The position numbers and the translations under genes are program-made. Below, in pieces: positions 53,042-62,896 of a stretch of 64,000 bases of DNA. The notes beneath the pieces were generated by a model, which was not told where the DNA came from, made no database searches, and saw nothing but the letters and a program-made list of their open reading frames with translations. Numbering within the stretch: the stretch's first letter is position 1; the number at the start of each line of letters is the position of its first letter. The stretch is from a virus: IMG/VR virus record IMGVR_UViG_3300046011_002684, positions 1 to 64,000 of that record; one strand, given 5' to 3'.

Positions 53042-54001
53042 TTATAGACCTGATGCTTCTTCCTGGGTCTTTGCAAGTTCAGGATCTGGGACTAGTCCAT
53101 ACTGTGCTAGTGCACCATTTGGTCCTGCCATATCGTCGCTTAAGAAGAATTCTACGTACTCTTTCAGTCCTGGAATAACACCGATATGTGCATTCTTAAC
53201 GTAGAAGTAAAGTGGACGGCTGATTGGATAGTCACCACTTGAGATGGTTTCTACGCTTGGTGCTACACCACTAACAGTAGCAACTTCTAACTTGTCAGTG
53301 TTGTTCTGATAGAAACTAAGGCCAAACACGCCAAGTGCAGTTTTATTGGCATCGAGACGAGCAAGTGTCTCTGTATAGTCGCCGTCGATATCTACAGAGG
53401 CACCATCAGTACGAACCTTGACACATGCTTTTTTCTGGTCATCGTCTAGCTTCTCAACACCAAGTGCTTCCTTGCATCCTGCTTCCATAACCTTCACATC
53501 GAACACTTCGCGTGTACCGTGCTTGGTTCCTGGGATGTAGGCAAGAATCTCAACTTCTGGTAGAGCAGGATCTATGTCACTCCAGAGTTTAGCAGTGCTG
53601 CTTTCGTGTAGTGCAGTATAGAGCTGGAGAACATTTAGATCCTTGATATTCAATTGGCCGATGTTTGATGCGAATACGATACCATCATAGCCGAAACGTA
53701 CTTCGGTGATTTTACCGATAGCAGCTTCACACTTCGCCCATTCTTCATCTTTCATCTTAGAAGAACTATTGGCGATGTCTACAGTGTTTTCACCAGTTCC
53801 TTCACAGAGTTTTTTACGGCCGGCTCCAGAGCCACCGCCTTCAACAACTGGTGAAGGGAATTCGAAGTTTTCGCCAAAGGCTTCTGCAACAATAGTTGCG
53901 TAAGGTAGAACAGTAGAAGATCCAGTTACCTGAATTTGGTCACGGGCATGTGCAGTGGTTGTCATAGTTACGGCAAGAATTGCAGTGAATAGTGCTTTCA
54001 T
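53042..54001 (-). CDS. pstS: phosphate ABC transporter substrate-binding protein
   Basis: Signal peptide, TGSSTV, GGGSGAG, ANSS, GYDGI, HGTREVF, YPISRPLYFY. Confidence 0.92.
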   Translation of the reverse strand: MKALFTAILAVTMTTTAHARDQIQVTGSSTVLPYATIVAEAFGENFEFPSPVVEGGGSGAGRKKLCEGTGENTVDIANSSSKMKDEEWAKCEAAIGKITEVRFGYDGIVFASNIGQLNIKDLNVLQLYTALHESSTAKLWSDIDPALPEVEILAYIPGTKHGTREVFDVKVMEAGCKEALGVEKLDDDQKKACVKVRTDGASVDIDGDYTETLARLDANKTALGVFGLSFYQNNTDKLEVATVSGVAPSVETISSGDYPISRPLYFYVKNAHIGVIPGLKEYVEFFLSDDMAGPNGALAQYGLVPDPELAKTQEEASGL

Positions 54002-54082
54002 AAACGTCTCCGTTGCGATTGATTGTTTGAGTACTTATAGTATGGCACCCACAACTACCGCAACGGTGACGCTATGTTTTCA

Positions 54083-54313
54083 TCATACACCCAAAATTCT
54101 ACCAATATCTTCCTTGAGACCCTTTTGCGGATTACGAGTAAGATGCTCGTGTACTTGTTCAAAGTAGAATGCTGCATCTTCTGCACCGTGCTTATTCAGT
54201 GCATGAGCTGCAGCTTCAAAGAAGTCAATGACTTCATAGAGTGACACACGACCATCAGTGCCAAGTGCAGCACGATGAGTCTTACCGGCGCGCTGATTCA
54301 TTCCAACCTCCAT
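54083..54313 (-). CDS. hypothetical protein
   Basis: ORF in operon. Confidence 0.55.
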   Translation of the reverse strand: MEVGMNQRAGKTHRAALGTDGRVSLYEVIDFFEAAAHALNKHGAEDAAFYFEQVHEHLTRNPQKGLKEDIGRILGV

Positions 54314-54467
54314 CTTTTAGTTTTTCTTTAAAGCTTGTGAATTCCTGCTTGGTAAGATTCAGGGTCTTACCAGGGACTTTGTCATCTTTATATTCTTGAA
54401 CATAGTAACCATACGTACCCAAAGATACGCGGTACGTATGGTCGAACTTTTCGTGCTTGAACTTCAT
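54282..54467 (-). CDS. hypothetical protein
   Basis: Start trimmed to MKFKHEK. Confidence 0.55.
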   Translation of the reverse strand: MKFKHEKFDHTYRVSLGTYGYYVQEYKDDKVPGKTLNLTKQEFTSFKEKLKDGGWNESARR

Positions 54468-54481
54468 GTTAGTATCCCTGA

Positions 54482-55435
54482 TTAGGCAGCGAGCGCAAAC
54501 TCGACTGCCTTTTCTGCTGCTTTGATCTTGCGCAGCTGGTTCTGACCGAACCACTGGCTGTGCAAGCGGTTATCTGCGTTACGACCCTGAAGGTGATCGG
54601 TAACGAAGGTAACCGAGTTGAACGCTTGCCACCAAGTGCCTTCAGCGTATTCTGCACCCGGCTGGGTTTCCAGAACGTCCAGCGACTGAAGAGCCATACG
54701 AGAGATGGTGTCTTTAGTAACCTCTTTCTGCTTATCCTGACCAGAGGTAAGCGGGAAGACTTCGTTGTAGTACTGGAGCAGAGACTCAACCGAGAAACGC
54801 TTGGAACCAAGGAACTGAGCCATCTCTTTGTACTTGGCGAATTTCTCGTGGGCAATACCAAGAGTGGTTTTTACCGAGTCAGCGTCGAAAGCGGTACGGT
54901 GACCGACTTTCACCGCACGATCAGCTTGGCTATTCAAAGCGAAGGTGAGCGTGTTGTTGCAGACGACACGGATAGGAGTAAAGCGAACGTCAATGGACTT
55001 ACCGTAGACGTGGGGGTTGCTGAAGAGGAAGTAGGAATCAACCTGGTCACCACCGAACAGATCAAACGATTCTTTCACCTTTGCAAGTGCCCAGACATAC
55101 TGACCACCTTTGAGCGAACCAGCGGTGTGCATTTCCATATCACCAGCGAGAACATACTCGTTGAAGAACTCGAACGCTTGTTCGTTCTGGAGCGGGTGCC
55201 AGTTTTCACCCACGTTGGTCAGGATCTTGCCATCAGTCTCGCGCACGAGCGATTTCTGACCAGTCTTAACTTTCTTACCATTGAACTCGATAAAGGATTC
55301 GACCTCGTGAACCTTCCAGTCGACGCCAGCTTTCTGCATCATCTGAACAGGGGTGAGGTCGTTGCTGACCTCGGTACCAAGACCGTGCCAGGGAAGTTCA
55401 CCAGCGTAAGCCATCGTTTCAACCATATGTGCCAT
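54482..55435 (-). CDS. DUF932/DUF945-type phage protein
   Basis: MAH..ETMAY...PWHGLG, LQNEQAF, TAGSL, TPIRVVCNNTL. Confidence 0.85.
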   Translation of the reverse strand: MAHMVETMAYAGELPWHGLGTEVSNDLTPVQMMQKAGVDWKVHEVESFIEFNGKKVKTGQKSLVRETDGKILTNVGENWHPLQNEQAFEFFNEYVLAGDMEMHTAGSLKGGQYVWALAKVKESFDLFGGDQVDSYFLFSNPHVYGKSIDVRFTPIRVVCNNTLTFALNSQADRAVKVGHRTAFDADSVKTTLGIAHEKFAKYKEMAQFLGSKRFSVESLLQYYNEVFPLTSGQDKQKEVTKDTISRMALQSLDVLETQPGAEYAEGTWWQAFNSVTFVTDHLQGRNADNRLHSQWFGQNQLRKIKAAEKAVEFALAA

Positions 55436-55657
55436 GATATATTCTCCTATTGGGGTTTGATTAGAGACGACCGAAAGACTTGATAGCATCGCCATCAATG
55501 AGCTCTTTTTGAGCTTGGACGAGGGCGATTGCTTTTTCTTTTGCCGAGGTAATGATGATGTAGCCTTTAGCGGTAGTAGCGATCCAGTCTTTCGTCATCG
55601 GGTATCTCCTTGTTGATAGTAGTAATATAAGGCTTTTGATTTGAAATGTAAACCCCC

Positions 55658-56512
55658 TTATTCAGTTTTTTTGAAAAAAATATTCTGCTCTTTTTCTCTA
55701 TCGTCAAGGTCATACACGGATCTGTACTTGTTGTTAGCTCGAATAACTTCGCCCAATACGCTTAGAGTTTCATTGCCCCATTCATCATAGCCAAAGTTCC
55801 AGATTGCATTCGTGTCCTTAGGAAAACAGCTTCCGCCAAATCCCTTCTTACCATCAAACCCCGGAACCTTCGTATGGGAATGTCCGATCCGATCGTCATT
55901 AGCGATAGCAGTAGCGATAACATTGTATCGTGCACCTACGGACTCGACAAGATCTTTCCATTGGTTGAACCATACCACCTTTGTAGCAAGGAATGAGTTA
56001 ATCCCATACTTTACAAAACTGGCTTCGGCAGGTGTCATATAGTGAACGGGGGCTGGATTACAATTTGAATTGAACTTGTAAAGCTTATACACCTTCTTGG
56101 TATAGCTCGGATCCCCACCGAGAATATGGAATTTTGGATTCAGGAATTCATCAAAGGCATTCCGCTCAGTAAGGAATTCAGGGTTATACACAAACCTCTT
56201 ATGATCGCATAGCTCCTGGATAAGATCTGGAGTAACAGTAGATTTAATAATAACTATACCAGAGTCAATCTTTCTTAGTTGGGCAACTACTTCCCAAATG
56301 GATCGGGCATCTATATTACCGGTTTCTTCCATAGGTGTAGACACGCAGACAAATGTATAATCCGGCTGAAATCTTTCTAGATCGTCCATATTCGCATGAC
56401 CTTTATATGGGTCTACGATTAGGATATCGTTCGAGTTATTTCGAAATCCGAATTCGACGGCCTTACCTACGAATCCATAACCAATAATAGCAATCTTTGC
56501 GGGTCTATTCAT
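55658..56512 (-). CDS. UDP-glucose/GDP-mannose dehydrogenase family protein (short form)
   Basis: IIGYGFVG, IKSTV, NPEFL, KY..NSFLA, GFGGSCFPKD. Confidence 0.88.
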   Translation of the reverse strand: MNRPAKIAIIGYGFVGKAVEFGFRNNSNDILIVDPYKGHANMDDLERFQPDYTFVCVSTPMEETGNIDARSIWEVVAQLRKIDSGIVIIKSTVTPDLIQELCDHKRFVYNPEFLTERNAFDEFLNPKFHILGGDPSYTKKVYKLYKFNSNCNPAPVHYMTPAEASFVKYGINSFLATKVVWFNQWKDLVESVGARYNVIATAIANDDRIGHSHTKVPGFDGKKGFGGSCFPKDTNAIWNFGYDEWGNETLSVLGEVIRANNKYRSVYDLDDREKEQNIFFKKTE

Positions 56513-56864
56513 TTAAGAATTCCTTACACTCATCTAGTTTTTGACGAATAAATTTATGATCATTCACCTGTCGGTTGAGAGGTGAAGGGTGGGGTAAAGT
56601 AAAATGGGAAATATTAATATCTGTTAGATATTTCGAGACTGTTGGCCCCCATGCAACTACTTTATCATGTCCAGAAATAGAACTACACAAGAAGTCGTAA
56701 TCTACGTTCTTCTTATCCCAGTGTGGATCTGATGACAGATTTGTAAATGCTACTTTATCTATCCCAAGATAGTCTAGCCACTCTCGGAATCTAGATACAG
56801 CACCACCTTTTCTAGGCACTGACAGCTTGGTTGGGTTTAACCCGATGACAATCACATTTCTCAT
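56505..56864 (-). CDS. uracil-DNA-glycosylase-superfamily-like protein
   Basis: VIGLNP, VVAWG, LPHPSPLN. Confidence 0.6.
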   Translation of the reverse strand: MRNVIVIGLNPTKLSVPRKGGAVSRFREWLDYLGIDKVAFTNLSSDPHWDKKNVDYDFLCSSISGHDKVVAWGPTVSKYLTDINISHFTLPHPSPLNRQVNDHKFIRQKLDECKEFLNE

Positions 56865-56883
56865 AATAACATCTTAACAAAGA

Positions 56884-57534
56884 TTAAAGAAGTAGTAAAT
56901 CTTTATTCTTCAAATCATCGAAATGAAATCCCAGGATAGCACTACGGCGGATAGTTTCCCCATTCACCACTCTATGATTCCACCCGGTGTTAATGAACCA
57001 AATCTCTCCCGGATTCATCTTCAACTGATGCACACCTTCTTTATCTCTGAACTCGAGAACAGAATCATTTCGATTTAAACAGATTTGTGCTCTACATATA
57101 ACACTTGTATCTGCATCGATATGCCAGTTGAGTTCGTGATCCCCTTTCATCTCGCTCATTCGAAAACGATATACGTTATGAAACAGTTGATCTAAGACCG
57201 GTTTAGTGTATCTTAGATTATATGACGAATCCCATTTAGTATAGAGATATTCATTTACATCATCAGAAGAATCTTCGATTCTTTTCTGTAGAAGGATCTG
57301 ACGATATTTATTTGCCACATGAAATACTTCTTCATAGTTGCAGTTTTGACTAATACCATAATTATCGCCACCGATATCATTACCACTATAAGTGTCAAGG
57401 ATGTAATTTAACTCATCAACAACATTAGAAGATACCATCCCTATCTTTTCAAAGGTCTTCAACTTATCTCTTTTAGGACCAGTACCTCCCACTCTAGTTC
57501 GTTTGCTTTTCACTATCAAACATTTTTCAGCCAT
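56884..57534 (-). CDS. Asp/Asn beta-hydroxylase-like 2OG-Fe(II) oxygenase
   Basis: WHID, GEIWFINTGWNHRVVNG, R. Confidence 0.7.
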   Translation of the reverse strand: MAEKCLIVKSKRTRVGGTGPKRDKLKTFEKIGMVSSNVVDELNYILDTYSGNDIGGDNYGISQNCNYEEVFHVANKYRQILLQKRIEDSSDDVNEYLYTKWDSSYNLRYTKPVLDQLFHNVYRFRMSEMKGDHELNWHIDADTSVICRAQICLNRNDSVLEFRDKEGVHQLKMNPGEIWFINTGWNHRVVNGETIRRSAILGFHFDDLKNKDLLLL

Positions 57535-58111
57535 ATCTACGTTTCCATTCTTCAATAGTAATTTCTGGTAACTGTGGTTTTTTACCATTATATATTATAT
57601 TTTGCCAGCAATCTTTTCCGAAATCGCTTTTACAAGTAAGCATCATATCATCAGCCAAATGCCATGGGGTTTGGGTTCTATATTCTAATTTAACCCCAAA
57701 ATATTTTATCGCTTGTCTTCGTGAAAGAGATTGCATAGAGATAAAAGCTGTTTCATAACCTTTAATATATTCTAACTGATAGGGAAGGATTCTCATTGTC
57801 GGACTAAGAAATGTATCAGTCTTTGGATTTGTGAATCTTCGGTAATCTCTGTAAATATAAGTTCTAGTCAAAACTCTATAACAGTCATTATAGTATTTTT
57901 GAACTGTAGAAAATGCCACCGGTTTATCCCCATCAAAGAGGAAAAACCATTCTGGATAATTTAAAAATGTGTCTGGAAGAATGCTAAACCATTCAATGTT
58001 TCTTTTATCATATAGATTATTTTCTCCACCTATTCTTTTTAGTTCATTCTTGAAATTATCTATGCCATATTCTCTCAGAGTTATGACTTTTTGATCAATC
58101 GTATAAACCAT
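57527..58111 (-). CDS. possible GNAT-fold acyltransferase
   Basis: FFLFDGDKPVAFS...RVLTRTYIYRDYRR resembles GNAT beta3/beta4-motif A; start uncertain. Confidence 0.4.
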   Translation of the reverse strand: MVYTIDQKVITLREYGIDNFKNELKRIGGENNLYDKRNIEWFSILPDTFLNYPEWFFLFDGDKPVAFSTVQKYYNDCYRVLTRTYIYRDYRRFTNPKTDTFLSPTMRILPYQLEYIKGYETAFISMQSLSRRQAIKYFGVKLEYRTQTPWHLADDMMLTCKSDFGKDCWQNIIYNGKKPQLPEITIEEWKRRYG

Positions 58112-58722
58112 GCTGCCGGATCCCATTCATACCATTTCTTGCCAATCTGCCAATCTCTAGGCCGATCATGATGATTTGCATGCCAACCTTCACCACCGGT
58201 AAAGATGTTAACGAATGCAGAGTTTCTTACCTTTTCACCAGAGTGACAGATAGTATTCAGTAGTCCAAACCCCAGATATCCCCAGAACATAGGAAGACCG
58301 ATAAAAACTAGCCACCAAGGGCCGGGAAGTATTATCGCCCCTCCGACAACAGTTACCATTCTGATTGTATTATGGTGTTTATAGAACCACATGACTCTCG
58401 GATTCTTCAACAGATCTACTACATGTCTATGCTTAATAGCAGGTACTTTAAATGTAGAGGTAAGAATCTTCCAAACTGGTTGGTGCTTTGGGGAGTGAGG
58501 GTCTTTTGGTGTATCAGAATAATTATGATGTAACCGATGTACACCAACCCATCCTAAAACAGGACCTGCACCAGACAGTGGGCCTAAGATTAAAACGAGA
58601 TATTCATACCAAACGCCTGCTTCAAAAGCTCTATGAGAAAAATATCTATGATATCCAGCAGATATTACTATAGAAGATAGGATCAACCACCAGATAAAAC
58701 TATAGATCAGAATTTCAATCAT
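58081..58722 (-). CDS. membrane fatty-acid desaturase (delta-9 type)
   Basis: His boxes HRYFSH, HRLHH, HANHH; DPHSP; GEGWH. Confidence 0.9.
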   Translation of the reverse strand: MIEILIYSFIWWLILSSIVISAGYHRYFSHRAFEAGVWYEYLVLILGPLSGAGPVLGWVGVHRLHHNYSDTPKDPHSPKHQPVWKILTSTFKVPAIKHRHVVDLLKNPRVMWFYKHHNTIRMVTVVGGAIILPGPWWLVFIGLPMFWGYLGFGLLNTICHSGEKVRNSAFVNIFTGGEGWHANHHDRPRDWQIGKKWYEWDPAAWFIRLIKKS

Positions 58723-58818
58723 ACTAAATTATCTCTTTAATTAATGTCGCTGCATAATATCTATCCCCGCCTAAGATACTCTTATATTATACCTAGGCGG
58801 GAAAGATCTGTAAATCCC

Positions 58819-59265
58819 CTATTTTGCGAGAGGATTATCTAGTGCTTCTTGCAGAGCTTGTTTCATATCTTTCTCAAGAGTCCTCATAGTATCACGAACA
58901 TCCTTTTCGGTTTCCCGATTTAGATTTTCCATGATGCGAAGGCGATCATCGATGTCACGCTGAGTCTCTTTTACTCTGCGTGATGCATCTTCTGATACAC
59001 CTTCTACTCTTAGAATATCCTTACGAAGATCATCTTTGATGTCTCTGGTATAGTCGATTGCGTCTTCTAGTTTCTGCAGCTGCAGTTCATTTGCCGCTTG
59101 TATTGCAGTAATATCGATATTCTGGATAATCTCCTTCATATCCATATAGTCTTTATAAAACTCAAAGCCGCCCCAGAGAGCACCGCCAGCGGTAGATAGT
59201 GCGGTAAGGATGATCATCATCTTACCGCCTCGAAATGTCATGCCAGCGAATTCAAACTCTGCCAT
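58819..59265 (-). CDS. membrane-anchored coiled-coil protein
   Basis: N-terminal TM then heptad-rich region. Confidence 0.65.
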   Translation of the reverse strand: MAEFEFAGMTFRGGKMMIILTALSTAGGALWGGFEFYKDYMDMKEIIQNIDITAIQAANELQLQKLEDAIDYTRDIKDDLRKDILRVEGVSEDASRRVKETQRDIDDRLRIMENLNRETEKDVRDTMRTLEKDMKQALQEALDNPLAK

Positions 59266-59273
59266 TTATTCAC

Positions 59274-59672
59274 TCACTCTTCTGAATCGCTTTTACCTTT
59301 AAGGTAAGCCTGTGCACCAAAGAAGGCAGCAACTAAACCAGCGATAGCTACGAAGTAAGTCGGAGCAATATCACCAATGATCTGTGCAGCACCTTCAATT
59401 GCAAAGAAACTTGTTACCAAGATAAGGACCGGGTAAAGAAGCATACCCCAAAGAGCAAACCATGCCATTTGGCGGATCTGGTCTTCTTTCTTATCTTCAT
59501 TCTCGAGCATTCTTTTCTTATGTTCGAAATCCGAAACTTCTCTTGCTCTTGCCATCTCATCATCAGTGATGATACCATCACCATCTGTATCGAGGAAATT
59601 ATATGCCGAGTCTTTTTCTAAAGCCTTTGCTTCTACTTTTGGTGTTCTTGTTCTAGGCGTTCTTGCAGCCAT
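59274..59672 (-). CDS. EF-hand-like loop plus two TM helices, possible holin
   Basis: DTDGDGIITDDE; two C-terminal TMs. Confidence 0.6.
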   Translation of the reverse strand: MAARTPRTRTPKVEAKALEKDSAYNFLDTDGDGIITDDEMARAREVSDFEHKKRMLENEDKKEDQIRQMAWFALWGMLLYPVLILVTSFFAIEGAAQIIGDIAPTYFVAIAGLVAAFFGAQAYLKGKSDSEE

Positions 59673-59723
59673 TATCTTCTCCTATAGTTGTATTATACCA
59701 TAAAGCAGATCAAGGCAGCATAA

Positions 59724-60107
59724 TTAGTTTTCAAATTGCAGTTCACGAAGTTGCTGAAGCTCTTGTTCTAGCTTCTGGACTTCAAGTTGTTTCTTTCTTA
59801 GTTCCAGTTCATAAAGCTTGTTACAATCAATTCTGGACTTTACTCTTTTACCAAGCGGTATAACGATTCTACTATACACACCCACGTCACCGATTTGATT
59901 ACCCATATCCTTATCGATAATACCGGTAACACCAAACTCTAACTGAGTGGCAGATCCAATCGCATTTGAGCAATCTAAATCCCCCGCTCGAAACTGGTCC
60001 GACTGATAATTCATAGAGGACCCAGGAATAGCTAAGTTCAGGGAAGAACTTGTATCAGCTAATGCAGGTAATCCCATCAAAATGAATAAAACAGCATAAT
60101 ATTTCAT
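59724..60107 (-). CDS. exported protein
   Basis: Signal peptide; two Cys; C-terminal coiled coil. Confidence 0.65.
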   Translation of the reverse strand: MKYYAVLFILMGLPALADTSSSLNLAIPGSSMNYQSDQFRAGDLDCSNAIGSATQLEFGVTGIIDKDMGNQIGDVGVYSRIVIPLGKRVKSRIDCNKLYELELRKKQLEVQKLEQELQQLRELQFEN

Positions 60108-60113
60108 TTCGCC

Positions 60114-60494
60114 TCACTTTTTTATTTTTGAGCAAATCTTCGATGATATACCCGAAGCCCCTATATTTTCTTTTACTAGTTTCGATAATGTACAGATATA
60201 AACTACACTATCCTTATCTTTATCCCTAATATATACATCAAACGTTTTTGTTTCAAGATAACCTACCCTTAAAACTCTTTCAGGTGTTGCGAACTTAATT
60301 GGTTCCCATTCACCAGAAAAAACACCAATCTCGTAATGCTCTGCATCATTTCTTCTATTATATAACGAAAGAGTGGTTACCATTATACCATCTACATACG
60401 ACGGATCTAATTTTGGATACGTCGGGATCATCTCGTGTGCGCTACCGATAGATGGCAGCGCACACATTAGAGTTACACATAACAACCTTTTCAT
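60114..60494 (-). CDS. exported Ig-like/chaperone-like protein
   Basis: Signal peptide; beta-rich; YICT...ICS. Confidence 0.6.
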   Translation of the reverse strand: MKRLLCVTLMCALPSIGSAHEMIPTYPKLDPSYVDGIMVTTLSLYNRRNDAEHYEIGVFSGEWEPIKFATPERVLRVGYLETKTFDVYIRDKDKDSVVYICTLSKLVKENIGASGISSKICSKIKK

Positions 60495-60495
60495 C

Positions 60496-60996
60496 TTATT
60501 TAGCGATGCATTCGGCTGTTACGAGAGCGGTATAGTTACCACCAGGTAGCGGCTTATTGTAACCATATGCAGCTTCCGAAGTAACTTTGAACCAAACAGT
60601 TCCAGCTTCTGTTAAATTGAATTCAACCACGTTATCGTATTCTACTTTATTTGTTTCATAAGCTGACATAGCTGGAGCAGTTACTTCTGCTACTTCTACA
60701 TCGCCTGACCAGTTTACAACGTCGGATAGACTTGGACTTGTCGAGAAGCTATTTGGCCAAGTAACTTTTGCCAGATAAGAATCTGCAAGTGCAACATCAT
60801 AACGGATCTTAGGCATTACACCACCGTCTGCTGGTACAGTACTGAGTACGTCTGGGGTTGGCTGACCATATACACCACGTACATCGGTGTATATAGAGCA
60901 TTTTGATTCGACTCTACCGTTGATCGGTGTTTCTATAGCAACAGCGGAGGTTGCAATAGCCGAAAAACCGAGAGCCACTAAAGTCTTCTTGAACAT
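60496..60996 (-). CDS. exported fimbrial-subunit-like protein
   Basis: Signal peptide; I.G.V...C near the N-terminus; PGGNYTALVTAEC C-terminus. Confidence 0.55.
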   Translation of the reverse strand: MFKKTLVALGFSAIATSAVAIETPINGRVESKCSIYTDVRGVYGQPTPDVLSTVPADGGVMPKIRYDVALADSYLAKVTWPNSFSTSPSLSDVVNWSGDVEVAEVTAPAMSAYETNKVEYDNVVEFNLTEAGTVWFKVTSEAAYGYNKPLPGGNYTALVTAECIAK

Positions 60997-61011
60997 TTTA
61001 GTCCCCTTGTT

Positions 61012-61905
61012 TTAATTTCCATCATATTGCAACCTAACCATATCATTATGGGTTTGATCAGAGGCTAGGCTTCTCAATAAGCTTGTGTTATCAGGGATTT
61101 CACTATCTTCTAATGTTAACGTCTCTTCGTAAGTGCCACCCTGAATAACAACACTATAGTATGAATCTAATTTAGGAAGAGCTGCAAGGGCTTTTAACAT
61201 CGCTTCTTGCTGGGCAACATCGGCAATCTCTTCGGCCGCACCACTGATTGATAGAGCAGCTTCGATATCCAATTCCTCTTCTGACTCTTCTTCTTCCTTT
61301 ATTTCTTTCTTTTCTACTTCTTCTCCTAGCGGATATTCTCTTTCTAACTGGGCTTGAACCCATTCGTTATAATACGGATCGTTTATATTCTCTCTATTCA
61401 ATAATCCATTATCTAACAAGTATTTATATAATGCATCTAAATAACCTGGACAGGCTGGGTCAGTAATCGGGTTATAACAAGTGTCGTACTTGTAATTATA
61501 GATCACTGTTACGTTACTTAGTGTCCCATCCCCGTCTACCCCAATCTCACCGTTCCCGAGCGCCTCGCGCGGGATCGGTAGCACTGGATCATATCTAACC
61601 ATTGTGTTACCGGGTAATCCATCCCACACATCATTCGATTCATAAGAATACCCTTCACCAAGTGCATTCTCGTTACGAACATATACTGTAGCATCTGAGT
61701 TCGGATCTTTCTGAATCGTATAGCGGCGAAGAACACCATTCACAGCTAATCCAGCTTGTAGGGGAAGAACATCACCCATATTCCAGGTGTACCCATTAAC
61801 TGTAGCGTTACCGGTTTGACCTACAATAACCTCAGAGGAGGAGTAAGAGGCCCAACAGAGCGCCGATACCAAGACCACCTTTGGCAGTACTCTTGTCGTC
61901 TTCAT
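61012..61905 (-). CDS. exported acidic protein
   Basis: CYNPITDPACPGY motif; Glu-rich region. Confidence 0.65.
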   Translation of the reverse strand: MKTTRVLPKVVLVSALCWASYSSSEVIVGQTGNATVNGYTWNMGDVLPLQAGLAVNGVLRRYTIQKDPNSDATVYVRNENALGEGYSYESNDVWDGLPGNTMVRYDPVLPIPREALGNGEIGVDGDGTLSNVTVIYNYKYDTCYNPITDPACPGYLDALYKYLLDNGLLNRENINDPYYNEWVQAQLEREYPLGEEVEKKEIKEEEESEEELDIEAALSISGAAEEIADVAQQEAMLKALAALPKLDSYYSVVIQGGTYEETLTLEDSEIPDNTSLLRSLASDQTHNDMVRLQYDGN

Positions 61906-62410
61906 CCATATTCTTCCATCTGCTGCGGAGACCGTTCCCCTTGGGTTTATTTTCTTCCTCCATCGTCCAAGCTGCTTTTGCTTCTTCCCCGATCATACCA
62001 TCATAAGGACAAGGGGTTCCAGCGTTCATCATAGCTTCGAACACACCAGGATCTTGGCACATAGTTGAAACTGCAGCAACTTTCATACCCATGTCATATA
62101 GCGTCTTAGCATTTTTTAAACGCTCACAGTTAACATCTCTGACAGTCTTACCTGCAGAGAGACCGAGGATTTGGGTTTGAACTGCACCAGCTACACCAAC
62201 CGTACAACTATCAGTAGTAGAACTATTAATCGTTGGTGCAACCGCAGTAGATGGTGGGGAATATACTGTGGTGGTAGAATTAGAATCTACTGTGGAATCA
62301 GTTTCGGATCTGGTACAAATATAACCTTCAGGACAAGTCGTAGAAGATTCTTGCGCTGAAACTGATCCAGCAAATAAGCATAAAGTTATAACTAATAATT
62401 TTCTAAACAT
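61832..62410 (-). CDS. exported protein with C-terminal membrane anchor
   Basis: Signal peptide; NCERLK, AGTPCP; GIGALLGLLLLL tail. Confidence 0.7.
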   Translation of the reverse strand: MFRKLLVITLCLFAGSVSAQESSTTCPEGYICTRSETDSTVDSNSTTTVYSPPSTAVAPTINSSTTDSCTVGVAGAVQTQILGLSAGKTVRDVNCERLKNAKTLYDMGMKVAAVSTMCQDPGVFEAMMNAGTPCPYDGMIGEEAKAAWTMEEENKPKGNGLRSRWKNMDEDDKSTAKGGLGIGALLGLLLLL

Positions 62411-62486
62411 TCTATTATCCTTACAATTCGGTCATAATAAAAAGTTCAGTCGCATCGGGTTTATTTATGTATATATCTTTCTACAT

Positions 62487-62522
62487 AAAAAAAGGGAAGC
62501 AAAAAGCTTCCCTTTTCTTTTT
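62487..62522. terminator. Intrinsic terminator
   Basis: A-run GGGAAGC-AAAAA-GCTTCCC T-run. Confidence 0.7.
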
Positions 62523-62538
62523 CTTATTTCAGATAAGA

Positions 62539-62868
62539 TTAGAATTCGAAACGAACACCAACCTGAGCATCTTCATAAGCCATATCTGCGTCTGCCTGAA
62601 CAGCACCGAAGACGTGGACAGCATTGCTTAGACCATAAGCAGCTTCAACACTTACGCCATCGAAGGTAAGACCGTCGGTGTTAGCGGTAGCATAGAGACG
62701 TGGTGCAACGGAAAAATCGCCGAATGCAAGATCAGGACCCGCTTCAAGTGCAACTGCTTCATTCTCTACTGAATAAGCAGCTTCACCGGAAACGCCGAGA
62801 TAAGGGTTAGCGAAAGCTGAAGTGGCGAGGGTTGCAGCAGCTACAGTAGAAAGAAGAAATTTCATCAT
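62539..62868 (-). CDS. small outer-membrane beta-barrel-like protein
   Basis: Signal peptide ...SAFA, alternating beta strands, terminal GVRFEF. Confidence 0.7.
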   Translation of the reverse strand: MMKFLLSTVAAATLATSAFANPYLGVSGEAAYSVENEAVALEAGPDLAFGDFSVAPRLYATANTDGLTFDGVSVEAAYGLSNAVHVFGAVQADADMAYEDAQVGVRFEF

Positions 62869-62896
62869 TTTATATTTCCTTTGAGATTAGAGTTAA

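Noticed and set aside
54560-55483. 307-aa plus-strand ORF
   Set aside because: Antisense shadow of the DUF932 gene, explained by its biased codon usage; no RBS or motif.
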